From positions 20,389,652-20,429,952 of the forward strand of contig NC_069005.1 of assembly GCF_001194135.2 (NCBI RefSeq): DNA of 40,301 bases, in the 5' to 3' direction. Below are positions 1 to 10,804 of this stretch, in pieces. A program made the position numbers and the translations under genes. The notes under the pieces were generated by a model. That model saw nothing but the letters and a program-made list of their open reading frames with translations, had not been told where the DNA came from and made no database searches. The stretch comes from Octopus bimaculoides. Its lineage: Eukaryota. Position 1 is the first letter of the stretch; each line of letters opens with the position of its first letter.

Positions 1-232
1 GGCACATAAAAGACACCATTTCGAGCGTGGCCGTTTTCGTGCGGGTGACACGTAAAAGCACCCACTACACTCTCTGAGTGGTTGGCGTTAGGAAGGGCAT
101 CCAACTGTAGAAACTCTGCCAAATCAGACTGGAGCCTGGTGTTGCCATCCGGTTTCACCAGTCCTCAGTCAAATCGTCCAACCCATGCTAGCATGGAAAG
201 CGGACGTTAAACGATGATGATGATGATGATGA
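1..232 (+). mobile_element. RTE-LINE 3' tail / SINE-like copy ending in (GAT)n
   Basis: Motif GTTAGGAAGGGCATCC...CATGCTAGCATGGAAAGCGGACGTTAAAC followed by (GAT)n. The same tail ends the RTE ORF2 copy at 24770-26459. Confidence 0.85.
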
Positions 233-519
233 TATCTGCATGTGTGTGCATATATGTGTGAAAATTTTGATTTAATTCCCTTTTGTACTATTTACATCTT
301 TACAAGTATATGTATAAGTTTACGCGTATGTGTATGTGTACATGCGTGTGTGAGCACTAATATGTGTATATTTGTGAATGTGTATGTACATACATAAATA
401 TATGCCATTATAATCAATGTTACCATTTAACTAATTAAACTGTTTAGTGTGCATATGTGAATATGAACACTAATAAGTGTATATGTATGTACATGTATGT
501 GCATATATATATATATATC

Positions 520-845
520 AGCATCAGCATCGTTTAGCGTCCGCTTTCCATGCTAACATGGGTTGGACGATTTGACTGAGGACTGGTGAAACCAGATGGC
601 TACACCAGGCTCCAATCTGATTTGGCAGAGTTTCTACAGCTGGATGCCCTTCCTAACGCCAACCACTCAGAGAGTGTAGTGGGTGCTTTTTACGTGCCAC
701 CGGCATGAAGGCCAGTCAGGCGGTAGTGGCAACGACCACGCTCAAGATGGTGTATTTTATGTGCCACCTGCACAAGATCCAGTCCAGGGGCACTGGCAAC
801 GAACTCGCTCGAAAATCCTACAAAGGCCAGTCAGGCGGAACAGTG
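520..845 (-). mobile_element. RTE-LINE 3' tail copy (antisense)
   Basis: Near-identical reverse complement of 1-232 (CGTCCGCTTTCCATGC...GGATGCCCTTCCTAACGCCAACCACTCAGAGAG). Confidence 0.85.
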
Positions 846-872
846 ATATATCTTAGGTGTTAAAACATAAGA

Positions 873-882
873 NNNNNNNNNN
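873..882. other. Assembly gap (10 N)
   Basis: Run of N. Confidence 1.
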
Positions 883-1453
883 CATTATTTCACTTAAACT
901 TACATTTACAACCAACTGTTTATATGTGTGCACTCTCATGTGCTTATATTTATTTATATCATCATACTTATGTAAATATAATTTCAACAGATTCATACGG
1001 GGAAAAAACTTAACACGATTCTCCCTCCTCTTAAATTACATTAGCTTTAAACTGATAATAAAATTTTAACCAATTATTCATAATAAAAATCTAATAAACC
1101 ATTAATCCTATCCAATTTCACTTGAAATGCCATCGGGTTTGAAAAATATTTAAAATCACACCAACCAATTGAATTTAACTGATCAAAAGGGATCTATATC
1201 ACTTTTTTTTTTTAGGGGTGATGAATAATTAATAGTGTAAACATTTACGTGTGTGTATGTATGTATGTATATATTTGTAGGTGTATATGTGTATGTATGT
1301 GTATATATATATGTGTGTGTGTGTGTATATATGCATATATATGCATGCATAGGTGTAAGTACAGGTGTGACGATATTTTGTGCATATATATGTGAATGCG
1401 TGCAAATGTATATAACTAATTGAGAATGTCCCCCCCCCAGCATGTGTGTATGT

Positions 1454-2007
1454 NNNNNNNNNNNNNNNNNNNNNNNNNNNNNNNNNNNNNNNNNNNNNNN
1501 NNNNNNNNNNNNNNNNNNNNNNNNNNNNNNNNNNNNNNNNNNNNNNNNNNNNNNNNNNNNNNNNNNNNNNNNNNNNNNNNNNNNNNNNNNNNNNNNNNNN
1601 NNNNNNNNNNNNNNNNNNNNNNNNNNNNNNNNNNNNNNNNNNNNNNNNNNNNNNNNNNNNNNNNNNNNNNNNNNNNNNNNNNNNNNNNNNNNNNNNNNNN
1701 NNNNNNNNNNNNNNNNNNNNNNNNNNNNNNNNNNNNNNNNNNNNNNNNNNNNNNNNNNNNNNNNNNNNNNNNNNNNNNNNNNNNNNNNNNNNNNNNNNNN
1801 NNNNNNNNNNNNNNNNNNNNNNNNNNNNNNNNNNNNNNNNNNNNNNNNNNNNNNNNNNNNNNNNNNNNNNNNNNNNNNNNNNNNNNNNNNNNNNNNNNNN
1901 NNNNNNNNNNNNNNNNNNNNNNNNNNNNNNNNNNNNNNNNNNNNNNNNNNNNNNNNNNNNNNNNNNNNNNNNNNNNNNNNNNNNNNNNNNNNNNNNNNNN
2001 NNNNNNN
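1454..2007. other. Assembly gap (about 554 N) flanked by (TG)/(TA) microsatellite
   Basis: Run of N. ORF-track entries spanning it are artefacts. Confidence 1.
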
Positions 2008-2628
2008 ATATATATATATATATATATATACTGAATTAACAGATGAATGTATGATTGCAAGATGTATTTTTATATATAGATAAGTTTGGTCAATTTTGTA
2101 TATAACCTACAAATGTAATTTAATTCCTCACCTCATTCATATACTTTATTTACATTGTAATTTACTCTTTAATTTCTATTTATTTAATATCCATTACCCT
2201 AATTATATTTGCATACTATATCTTACCCACTACTAACCTGTAACCGCCTCACCTAGACACATACATTACTAATCATATTCAATCTACCATGTTGATTAAA
2301 AAAACTAACACAAATTATTAAAGAGTATATTTTTCCTCCCTCTGAAGAGATTAAGCTCAGAAGCATGATTTTATACTTATTTAACCTCACTTAACTTAAT
2401 TGAAACTGCCGTAAGGGATAATGATCGATTTTTTGCTGATAATAAACTCTTATTAACTTCAATCTCTCCATTTTCTTATTCTTCATTTGCATGATTATAA
2501 ACCATGGTTTACATATAAACCTGTTATTTTTATGGATTTAATCCTCTCCTCAAAATATTAGGTACTGAACCAGTATTTCCTTGGATGATACAATCCCTTC
2601 ATGAGGCCAACATAACCTCTGTTTGAAT

Positions 2629-2629
<1 letters not shown>

Positions 2630-2672
<43 letters not shown>

Positions 2673-2700
2673 CATATGCACACACACATACATACATACA
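2630..2700. repeat. (TG)n/(TA)n/(CATA)n microsatellite
   Basis: Direct reading. Similar tracts at 1245-1350, 2990-3095, 17158-17196, 21210-21257, 26459-26487 and 38440-38500. Confidence 0.95.
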
Positions 2701-2998
2701 GAGGCATGGATAGGTACTTTGAGCCAGTGTATTCTACTATAGCCCAAGGCTGATGCAAAGCCATGTGAGGAGAATTGGTAGAAAGACACTGATACAAGTC
2801 TAACATATGTATGTAGGAATGTACATGTGTGTATGTGAGAGAGAGAGAGTAAATGCATATGGTAGTGTTTATTGCCACTGTAACATGGGTGCTCTTTAGG
2901 ATCTGATGATACTGTTATTTTAATCCCAGGAAGACATCTCTTCCAGCTGGTTATCCAGTGCACTTTTGCACTCAATATTCATTGCAAGTGTGTGTGTG

Positions 2999-3033
<35 letters not shown>

Positions 3034-3054
3034 AAGTATATACATATGTATGTA

Positions 3055-3085
<31 letters not shown>

Positions 3086-3677
3086 AGCTATATATATGCT
3101 ACACGGATGATATTTTCAATCAAGACATTGCACCTGTATCTGTTTCTGTGTATGTGCATATATTTACTCTCTTGTTGACTTTGATCAATGGTTTCACCCA
3201 TTATTTTGATGCACAATTTTCTATCATTAATAACACTATTGATGTTTTTAACAATACGAGTATCCTAGTTTTATGATAAAATATAGAGAATTTTGCAACT
3301 GAACTGGTCTGATGAGTTTCAGAGTTAACAGGTAACAAAAAGAACTGATGTCAATTACCTTTTAACATAATTAAATATTCAAGGTTACAAGAAAAAAGAA
3401 AAAGATATTGCTAGTGTCATTATTTGAAATTAGCCCTTGCCAAGTTAACTGGTGGAACTTGTTTTTCTATGAAAGAAAACGAAGCTAGTAACAGTCCTTG
3501 AAGTTTTTATTTCTTAATAAAAAACATTTGCAGTGTCTCAGCATGGTCACAGTTATTAAACTGTGTAAAGCAAGCAAAAGAAAGATTTAACTTTATCAGG
3601 GCATAGGTAAAAAGTATGAATATTAAATAAAAAAAAATATGCAGATGTTAAATTTTACCAGTCTACTGATTTTAAAA

Positions 3678-3887
3678 GAGGGTGCTGAAAAGTTCCCGGT
3701 TTTAAGGGTGTCATAAAAAGGCCTGTTTGGAGGTCCAACCTTCTGAGTTCTTTTGCAGGGCTTAGAAAAATTAAAAGACCACTGCAATGAGTGAGAATCT
3801 GAGAGGGGAATATGTTGAATAAAATTATAATTAACTGATCCTCCTGTAATTTCTTTCATTCAAAGTGAGGAACTTTTCAGCACCCCC
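3678..3887 (+). mobile_element. Mariner-derived MITE
   Basis: TIRs GAGGGTGCTGAAAAGTTCC...GGAACTTTTCAGCACCC. The interior keeps a degenerate transposase C-terminus (GLEKLKDHCN...GEYVE*). A second copy lies in opposite orientation at 29878-30097. Confidence 0.8.
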
Positions 3888-4130
3888 ACCCCTCATAAGC
3901 ATCAACCATATTAAAATGACAGCAATCTGTAATGAAGGCTGCAAATGTTATTTGAGTTGTTGTTCCACCTCTTTCTAAAGTATAAAACAAAATTAAAAAT
4001 GAGTTATGTGGTTGTTAAGCACTATGACAGTCCTGATGAGTAGAACTATGATCAAAGACATTCCAGCTATGACCATCCCACCTTCCTTTTACAAACATCT
4101 AAATCTGTTCTCTTCACCACAAGGTTCAAT

Positions 4131-4577
4131 CCTTGATGTGGTGTGATGGCCCTGAGAGCTATACTAGCAGTGAGAAAGTCCCTAGAAAGCCTCCAATGTT
4201 AGGTCAAAGGATAGAGGCTAGACTAATAAAGATCACCTCTTCCTTGAGGTAAAAATAGGTTTGCGTAAAGCCGACACCTCCACATAGAAATAAAGTTACA
4301 AAAACATTGATGACAACTGAAAAACCAACAAGACCTGAGAGAGGAAAGCCTTTGCTCAGGGAAACATATGACACAGTGAACCCTCAGGGGGGGATAGAAA
4401 AGAAGATGCTCTAAAAATGTCTGGAGGGAGGATTCTGAGGCTGGATACTGAAGCCAAACTGAAAAAGTGGGGATCCAACTGGAGAGAAGCAGAGAAGGAC
4501 AGCCCTGAGTTGAGAATAATAGAAAAAAGTCATTGATGGCCTATGCTGCATAGGGAGCAAAAGGCTTCAGTAAGTAA
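4131..4577 (+). mobile_element. Internally deleted (bipartite) RTE-type element: 5' UTR joined to ORF2 end with (AGTA)n tail
   Basis: 5' part GATGGCCCTGAGAGCTATACTAGC...GGTCAAAGGATAGAGGCTAGACTAA resembles RTE 5' UTRs. The 3' part reads ...VIDGLCCIGSKRL then AGTAAGTAA. Confidence 0.6.
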
Positions 4578-4919
4578 ATTTGCACAATCTAAAGTATCAT
4601 TAAATCTTTTCTTTTTCTAAGGTGCTAAGGTGTAATTTGAAGGTGATTTGGCTGCTATTTCTAGCAAGCCAAGGGATCATTAGACACTTTCCTCATTGTC
4701 TGATAAAAGATAGATTGTGTGTGCCATGAGGATGAGAGTGACTTCAGAAGTTTCGGAGAGTAGGGACCAACTGCTTTAAGTGGTGAAGGAGGATGTGAAT
4801 CCAAGTGTTTGTACCACCACAGACTACCTATTCAGGAAGTAAATGGGTATAGTGTACCCAAACATTTGGGTAGCCACACCTACCTACTGTTCTTTCTCTC
4901 TCTCTCTCTCACCAAAATA

Positions 4920-5120
4920 CAATCATCATCATCATCATTTAACGCCTCTTTTCCATGCTGGCATGGGTTGGATGGTTTGACAGGAGCTGACCAACAGAAG
5001 GGCTGTTCAAGCTCTATGTCTGTTTTGACACGGTTTCTATGGCTGGATGCCCTCCCTAATGCCAACCACTTTACAGAGTGTACTGGGTGCTTTTATATGG
5101 CACCAGCACTTACAAGCCTA
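4920..5120 (-). mobile_element. RTE-LINE 3' tail copy
   Basis: (ATC)n then CCATGCTGGCATGGG...CTGGATGCCCTCCCTAATGCCAACCAC. Confidence 0.8.
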
Positions 5121-5350
5121 CAAGATTAGGGATGCTCAGCTGGAGAGGGTTGCAAAGGACAAGCCTGTATGTAGAGGAAAGATATACACTGAACTAAGGG
5201 AAATAATTAAAATGAACCAATGACATAAATAAACTACAAGGTGATGTATTGAATGATGCCCACAGACATTTCAATTGAAGTTTCTCTTAGTTGGAGAAAG
5301 AAAACAAAAGCCTGGTGGTAACTGTTAGTAATGCTCTAAAAGGAAGGGAA

Positions 5351-5800
5351 GGCGCAGAAGTGGCTGTGTGGTAAGTAGCTTGCTTATCAACCACATGGTT
5401 CTGGGTTCAGTCCCACTGCATGGCATCTTGGGCAAGTGTCTTCTACTATAGCCTTGGGCCGACCAAAGCCTTGTGAGTGGATTTGGTAGACAGAAACTGA
5501 AAGAAGCCGGCGAGCTGGCAGAAACATTAGCACGCCGGGCGAAATGCTCAGTGGTATATGTATATATATATGTGTGCGTGTGTGTGTGTGTTTGTGTGTC
5601 TGTGTTTGTTCCCCTAGCATTGCTTGACAACCGATGCTGGTGTGTTTATGTCCCCATAACTTAGCGGTTTGGCAAAACGAAACCGATAGAATAAGTACTA
5701 GGCTTACAAAGAATAAGTCCCGGGGTTGATTAGCTCGACTAAAGGCGGTGCTCCAGTATGACCACAGTCAAATGACTGAAACAAGTAAAAGAGTAAAAGA
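5351..5800 (+). mobile_element. tRNA-derived SINE family 1 (octopus OR-like), full length, with a family-2 head fragment at about 5505-5553
   Basis: A-box-like TGGCTGTGTGG, B-box-like GGTTCAGTCCC, central microsatellite, tail GGCGGTGCTCCAG...GAAACAAGTAAAAGAG. Confidence 0.85.
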
Positions 5801-5905
5801 GAGAGTAAGCTAGCTTAAGTTTGGTTCTGTTGATGATTTCAGAACGACACACATCTCCACAGTTGTCCATTGCATGCAAGCAAGGATTAGACTTCCCTTA
5901 ATCAG

Positions 5906-6117
5906 TCTTTTACTTGTTTCAGTCATTTGACTGTGGCCATGCTGGGGCACTGCCTTGAAGGGTTTTAGTTGAAGAAATCGACCATGACATTTTTTTAAAG
6001 CCCAGTACTTATTCTATCAGTCTGTTTTGCCGAACCACTAAGTTACAGGGATGTAAACACACCAACACTCATTATCAAGCAATGGTTGGTGGACAGACAC
6101 AAAGACACACACATATA
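5906..6117 (-). mobile_element. SINE family 1, 3' half
   Basis: TTTTACTTGTTTCAGTCATTTGACTGTGGCCATGCTGG is the reverse complement of the tail at 5745-5800. Confidence 0.8.
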
Positions 6118-7250
6118 TCACCATCATCATCATTGTTTAATATCCGCCTTCCATGCTGGCATGGGTGGGACCGTTTGACAGGAGCCTGCTAGGCAGAAGC
6201 CTGCTAGGCAGAAGCCTGCTAGGCAGAAGCCTGCTAGGCAGAAGCCTGCTAGGCAGAAGCCTGCTAGGCAGAAGCCTGCTAGGCAGAAGCCTGCACCAGA
6301 CTTCTGTGTCTGTTTTGACAGAGTTTTTATGGCTGGATGCCCTTCCTAACACCAACCACCCAGCAGAGTGGACTGAGTGCTTTTTACATGGCACAAGCAC
6401 AGGTGAAGTCATTTTTGGTAAGGATTTTACAACTGGATGCCCTTCCAAACTCCAGCCACTTTACAGAGTGGACTGGATGCTTAAGTGGCACCTGCACTGG
6501 AAGGGTCACCAAGTAACTTGCAAGACAAAAATCTTTTGAGAGGGGGAAGGGGCATTGGAGGAGGTAATCTTATGTCAGATGATGGAAGGTTATATTGAGA
6601 CAGAAACAGGTGTCTTGCTGTAGAGGAGGTACAAGGTTACCTGTCCAGAGAGAGAGAGAGAGAGAGAGAGAGATCAGGAATGAGGACAGAAACAGGTTTT
6701 CTGCCATAGAAGAGATACATGGCTACCCGAGGGAGGAGCAGGAGATAGAAAGAAAGAGAGAGTGGGAGACAGCAGTATAGAGATGGTGGCAAAATGCCAG
6801 GCATGCTCATAAGGGATGGGGGATCAGAATATAAATGGGATGGTTGAGTAAAGCAAGAGAGAGATAGATAGTGGCAAGCACCAGGTCATATCCTTGAGGT
6901 TCAAAGGTCATCATATAAGTGACAGGACATTGTCAAAGGAGCATGAGTAGAGAGTGGGGGAGGGGAATGCAGTGAATGGTGAAAACCTGGGTATAGGGGG
7001 AGGGGCAGAGGCTACCAGATAGCAATGATACAGAGAAACAGGGCCATGGGGACAGGATTGGGGAGTGAGAGTTAAGCATAATACATGAAGGAGGAAATGT
7101 GAAGGAAAGATGAAGAGATGTGGGGGTAGGGTGTGTGAAAAGTTTTGTTATGTGTGAGTGGAACACACAATGCTTCTAGAACTCAGTTTCACTGAAGTGG
7201 GCAGGTCTTCTCAAGAACCTCACATCACCAGACATCTCAGTCCATGGGGC
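6118..7250 (-). mobile_element. RTE-LINE 3' region with long pyrimidine-rich UTR
   Basis: (ATC)n tail at 6120, CTGGATGCCCTTCC motif twice (about 6333 and 6433), GGTCTTCTCAAG ORF-end motif at about 7204-7215. Confidence 0.6.
6183..6294. repeat. Perfect 15-bp minisatellite (AGCCTGCTAGGCAGA)x7.5
   Basis: Direct reading. Lies inside the RTE tail. Confidence 0.97.
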
Positions 7251-7345
7251 GGTGCCTTGAAGACAAATTAACCCCAGTACTTAGTTTTTAAGTCAGGCAC
7301 TTATTCTATCAGTCTCTTTTACATCACCGTAACTTAGCTGTTTGG
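7247..7345 (-). mobile_element. SINE family 1, 3' fragment
   Basis: GGCGGTGCCTTGAAG...CCCCAGTACTTA...ACTTATTCTATCAGTCTC. Confidence 0.65.
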
Positions 7346-7567
7346 CAAAAAGAGACCGGTAGAGTAAGATATTGATGCTATTCTGTTTGCAGTGGATGAT
7401 GTTTGTTTCCCACACAAACAAAAGTTCCAGTAACAGTTTGGCAATGCATGTGAAGTCATGAATTAAATATCTTACTTGAAAACAAGGGTTGACGTAACGA
7501 AGGGCATCTGGCCATAAGATACTACCCCAGTCAGTCTCATCTTCAAGTGAGCAAGGTAAAAGATGCA

Positions 7568-7945
7568 AAAACAATATAACAGTTAAGAAGTTCCCTTTAC
7601 AACCACGTGGTTTCAGGTTGAGTCTCACAGCACAGCACCTTGAGCAAGTGTCTTCTACTATAGCCCTGGGCCAACCAGTGCCTTGTGAGTGAATTTGTTA
7701 GCTGGAAATTGTGTGGAAGTCAATCGTATACATGTGTATATCTTTAGTCTGTGTTTGTTACATCACTACCACCTCTTGACAACCAGTGTTGGTTTGCCTA
7801 TGTTCCTCTAATTCAGAAATCCAGCAGTGGAGACTGCTAAAGTAATTACTAAACTTAAAGTACTGAGGTCAATTGGTTCAAGAAACCCTTCAAGACAATG
7901 CCTGATAATGGCTGCAGTCCAATGACCGAAAAAAGGAAAAGATAC
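7568..7945 (+). mobile_element. SINE family 1, diverged full-length copy
   Basis: GAGCAAGTGTCTTCTACTATAGCCCTGGGCC...GCTGCAGTCCAATGACCGAAA. Confidence 0.75.
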
Positions 7946-8430
7946 ACATGAAATCTTTTATTACATAACCTAAATAAATCCTTGGATCCTCCCCAATGAG
8001 AGGACATCACATTTATAACGCAGACTAAACTACATAAAAGAAAAAAAAACAAAACAGAACACAAGCCTCCTTTTCAGGGTTAGAAATTATTTCTGTTTCT
8101 GTACAGCTGCTGATTCTCACAGTTTATAAGCCACAAGCATCTCCTACTGCTACAGTACTCCCCTCGTATCTGGAACACAGCAGCAGCTGGTACAAACATA
8201 CACACAAAAACAGTAGACAGAATAATTTTGTGGTATAAACACGACTACTGAATAACTGCTTAAAACTTATGATATATTGATGGAATAATGAGCAGTGTAA
8301 CAAATTATATATAGATATCTCAACTGTGATATAACTATGTAACAAGTGTGTGATATACGAGGGGCATTCATTAAAGATTTCCCCTGAACCACTTCCCAAG
8401 GACTGGGATAAACGAAACTTGGCATAAGTT

Positions 8431-9441
8431 TTAGTCCTCCTCTACATAGCCACCACCAATGGTGACACACTTCTCTCATTGTTTTATGTAGCTGTGAAAA
8501 CCTCATCTGTAGAAGTCTGTAGATTGCACCTGGAGCCAAGACTTTACCTCGGAAATAAGTTCATCATCATCCGAAAAGTGCTTTCCCTTTAAAAAAGACT
8601 TCATGGTTGGAAAGAGGTGGAAGTCAGATGGTGGTGCAAGGTCGGAAGAGTAAGGGGGATCAGGAAGCATTTCATAACCACAGGAGTGTGCTTTCATCTG
8701 GGCAACATATGCATTGTAAACTGGGGCGTTGTCTTAAATGTGGCGGACTCCTTTAGTCAACATGTCACACTTCTCTGCTTTGATGGTGTCCTGCAATTTC
8801 TGCAGCAGAGAAGCATAATATGCCCCATTAATTGTGGTGCCCTTTGCAAGAAAATCCATCATCACTACTCCACTGAGGGTTGGCCATAAGCCTTCTTTGG
8901 AGATGGTGAATTATCATGCTTCCATTGCTTCTATTGGACTTTAGTCTCAGGATCATAGTGATGGAATCAGGTTTCATCCTGTGTTTTAAGCTTGCTGAAA
9001 AAGTCTTCTTTGTTTTCTCGACACATTGCCAAAAGGGCCTGGCAGCAATTGACTTGTTTCTGCTTCAGAAAAGGGGTGAGCATCTGGGGAATCCAGCGTG
9101 CAGACAACTTCTGCATGTGCAAATGATCACGAATGATTTTTTTCCATGCACCCTACACATATCTTCACTTCTTGGATTAATTGCTGAATGTGGTGATCCT
9201 CCAAAATGTCAGCTTCCACTTTATGGACATTGTCATCATCAATGGCAGAATGTTGTTGTCCAGGAATAGGAGCAATTTTCATCGATGTCTGACCACATTT
9301 GAACTGGCAATGCCAGTGCTTGACTATATTGTATGATGGTGTATCACCACCATAAATTTCTTTCATCTCAATCAAAAGTTTTTGGTGTACAACCTTCAAG
9401 TATAAGAACCTGATCACTGATCTGCATTCAACTGCTTCCAT
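8431..9441 (-). pseudogene. Mariner transposase pseudogene (stops and frameshifts)
   Basis: N-terminal HTH region MEAVECRSVIRFLYLK, WIPQML (WVPHEL-like), QDET, DNAP, PPYSSDLAPPSDFHLF (YSPDLAP-like), C-terminus GGYVEED*. Confidence 0.92.
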
Positions 9442-9455
9442 TATAACACCCTAGT

Positions 9456-9675
9456 AAGGCAGCAAGCTGACAGAGTAGTTAGCACGCCTGGAAAAAATGC
9501 TTAGGGGCATTTTGTCTGCCTTTATGTTCTGAGTTCAAATTCCACTGAGGTCAACTTTGCCTTTCATCCTTTCAGGGTCAATAAATTAAGTACCAGTGAA
9601 ACACTAGGGTCGGTGAAATTGACTATCCCCTCCCCTAAATTTCAGGCGTTGTGCCTATAGTAGAAAGGATTATAA
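9456..9675 (+). mobile_element. tRNA-derived SINE family 2 (octopus OK-like) nested in mariner
   Basis: Head AAGGCAGCAAGCTGACAGAG, B-box GAGTTCAAATTCC, tail GTGCCTATAGTAGAAAGGATTATTA. Confidence 0.85.
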
Positions 9676-9959
9676 TACCTTAGTCCACTTCAGAAGCCGT
9701 AAAAGACAAACAAATATTAGTGAAAAACTGCAATTTACAATGTGACATGTAGGGACAGGCATGATTATACCTGTACAATTTCTGTTTCCTGCAATAACTG
9801 GAAGTGAGTCACCCCTTGTAGCTACATATACTAGAACTACAAAACACATTACATGTTACAGGTATGGAGTAGCTATGTGACATGGTAAGCAGTAGGGGAG
9901 TGTGTAGCAAAAGTATAGTAGTTAGGGTAAGGATGGAGTAGAAAAAATTCAAGGGAATT

Positions 9960-10390
9960 ATCATTGCTAGCAACAAAATGTTTACTTGGCAACCCTCATT
10001 AGTACCAGTGTCACAAAGAAAAAGCACCCCGCACATACTGTAAAGTAGTTGATGTAAACCTTGCAGCTTGTCAGGTCCTCTGAAATTATCCAGCCCATGC
10101 CAGCATGGAAAGTGGACAATAAATGATGATGATGATGATTTGTGTACAAAATGTGATGTTAAATGGTAATGAAATATAGGTGCTGAACATGGAAGATATG
10201 CAAAGCTGGAACAAAATGCGGTAAGCATGTGCTGTTGGATGAATAATGTTAGTGTGCCTGAATGACAAAGCACAAATGAGCTGAGAGAAAAATTTGGGGT
10301 TTTTAAAGGAATTACATGTGTGCAAGAGAAGAGATTATACTGGTACAAACATGTAATGTGTATCAAAGTTCACAGTTGGATAAGTGCAAA
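9960..10390 (+). mobile_element. RTE 3' tail followed by an RTE ORF2 C-terminal fragment
   Basis: CCCATGCCAGCATGGAAAG...(GAT)n at 10095-10140, then sequence similar to 25620-25820 (NELREKFG...QEKRLYWYKHVM). Confidence 0.65.
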
Positions 10391-10804
10391 CGTTGGTGTA
10401 ACCATGATGTTCCAGTGATCTGATGAGCAAGCTTTCTTCATCTACATTGATTTGTGAATATACAATTGTATAATGCAGCATAGCATGCATATTAATGCAA
10501 ACATGTAAACAACCTTATTCCACACTAAAATTGTTACTACATGAAGAAGGCTGCAAAATGGCTTTAATCCTAAAGATGTCAAGTGGTTAAATATATTCAT
10601 TTCTCATATCTCCTGACTTTTTACGGTTTATATACACTTCCTCATAAAGTAATTTCTTGATTGGATTTTCTGGATTTTAGCTGCATAGACACTCTGCATT
10701 ACACTTCTCTGTATTGGATGACTATGTGGTCTGTTAACCATGTCCTTTGGAAGAGCTTTCTATGATAGCCATACAACTCTTGGAATCCACATCTATATAT
10801 TTCT

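Larger units (their letters stand above)
8358..9818 (-). mobile_element. Mariner (Tc1/mariner DD34D-type) DNA transposon, decayed, TA-flanked
   Basis: TA|CGAGGGG... at 8356 and ...CCCCTTG|TA at 9820. A transposase relic lies inside and a SINE is inserted at 9456-9675. Confidence 0.85.

Noticed and set aside
895-960. Minus-strand GTAAGT donor near 903 as a possible GLTP exon end
   Set aside because: The upstream sequence has no GLTP-like frame and no good acceptor.
1416-2083. Long ORFs in the ORF track
   Set aside because: They span the N gap and microsatellites.
2340-2415. CTGAAGA...GAA hammerhead-like core
   Set aside because: GAAA box broken and stems not formable. At most a PLE-end remnant.
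2558-3178. ORFs rich in HT/CV/YI repeats (also 1183-1443, 5325-5664, 30222-30591)
   Set aside because: Translations of dinucleotide and trinucleotide microsatellites and SINEs.
6137-6539. CRISPR-like or repeat-protein reading (LLPSR)n / (SLLGR)n
   Set aside because: Contiguous 15-bp units with no spacers inside a retroelement tail, in eukaryotic context with no cas genes.
9809-10366. 185-aa minus-strand ORF
   Set aside because: Antisense to RTE fragments, with no domain similarity or splice support.
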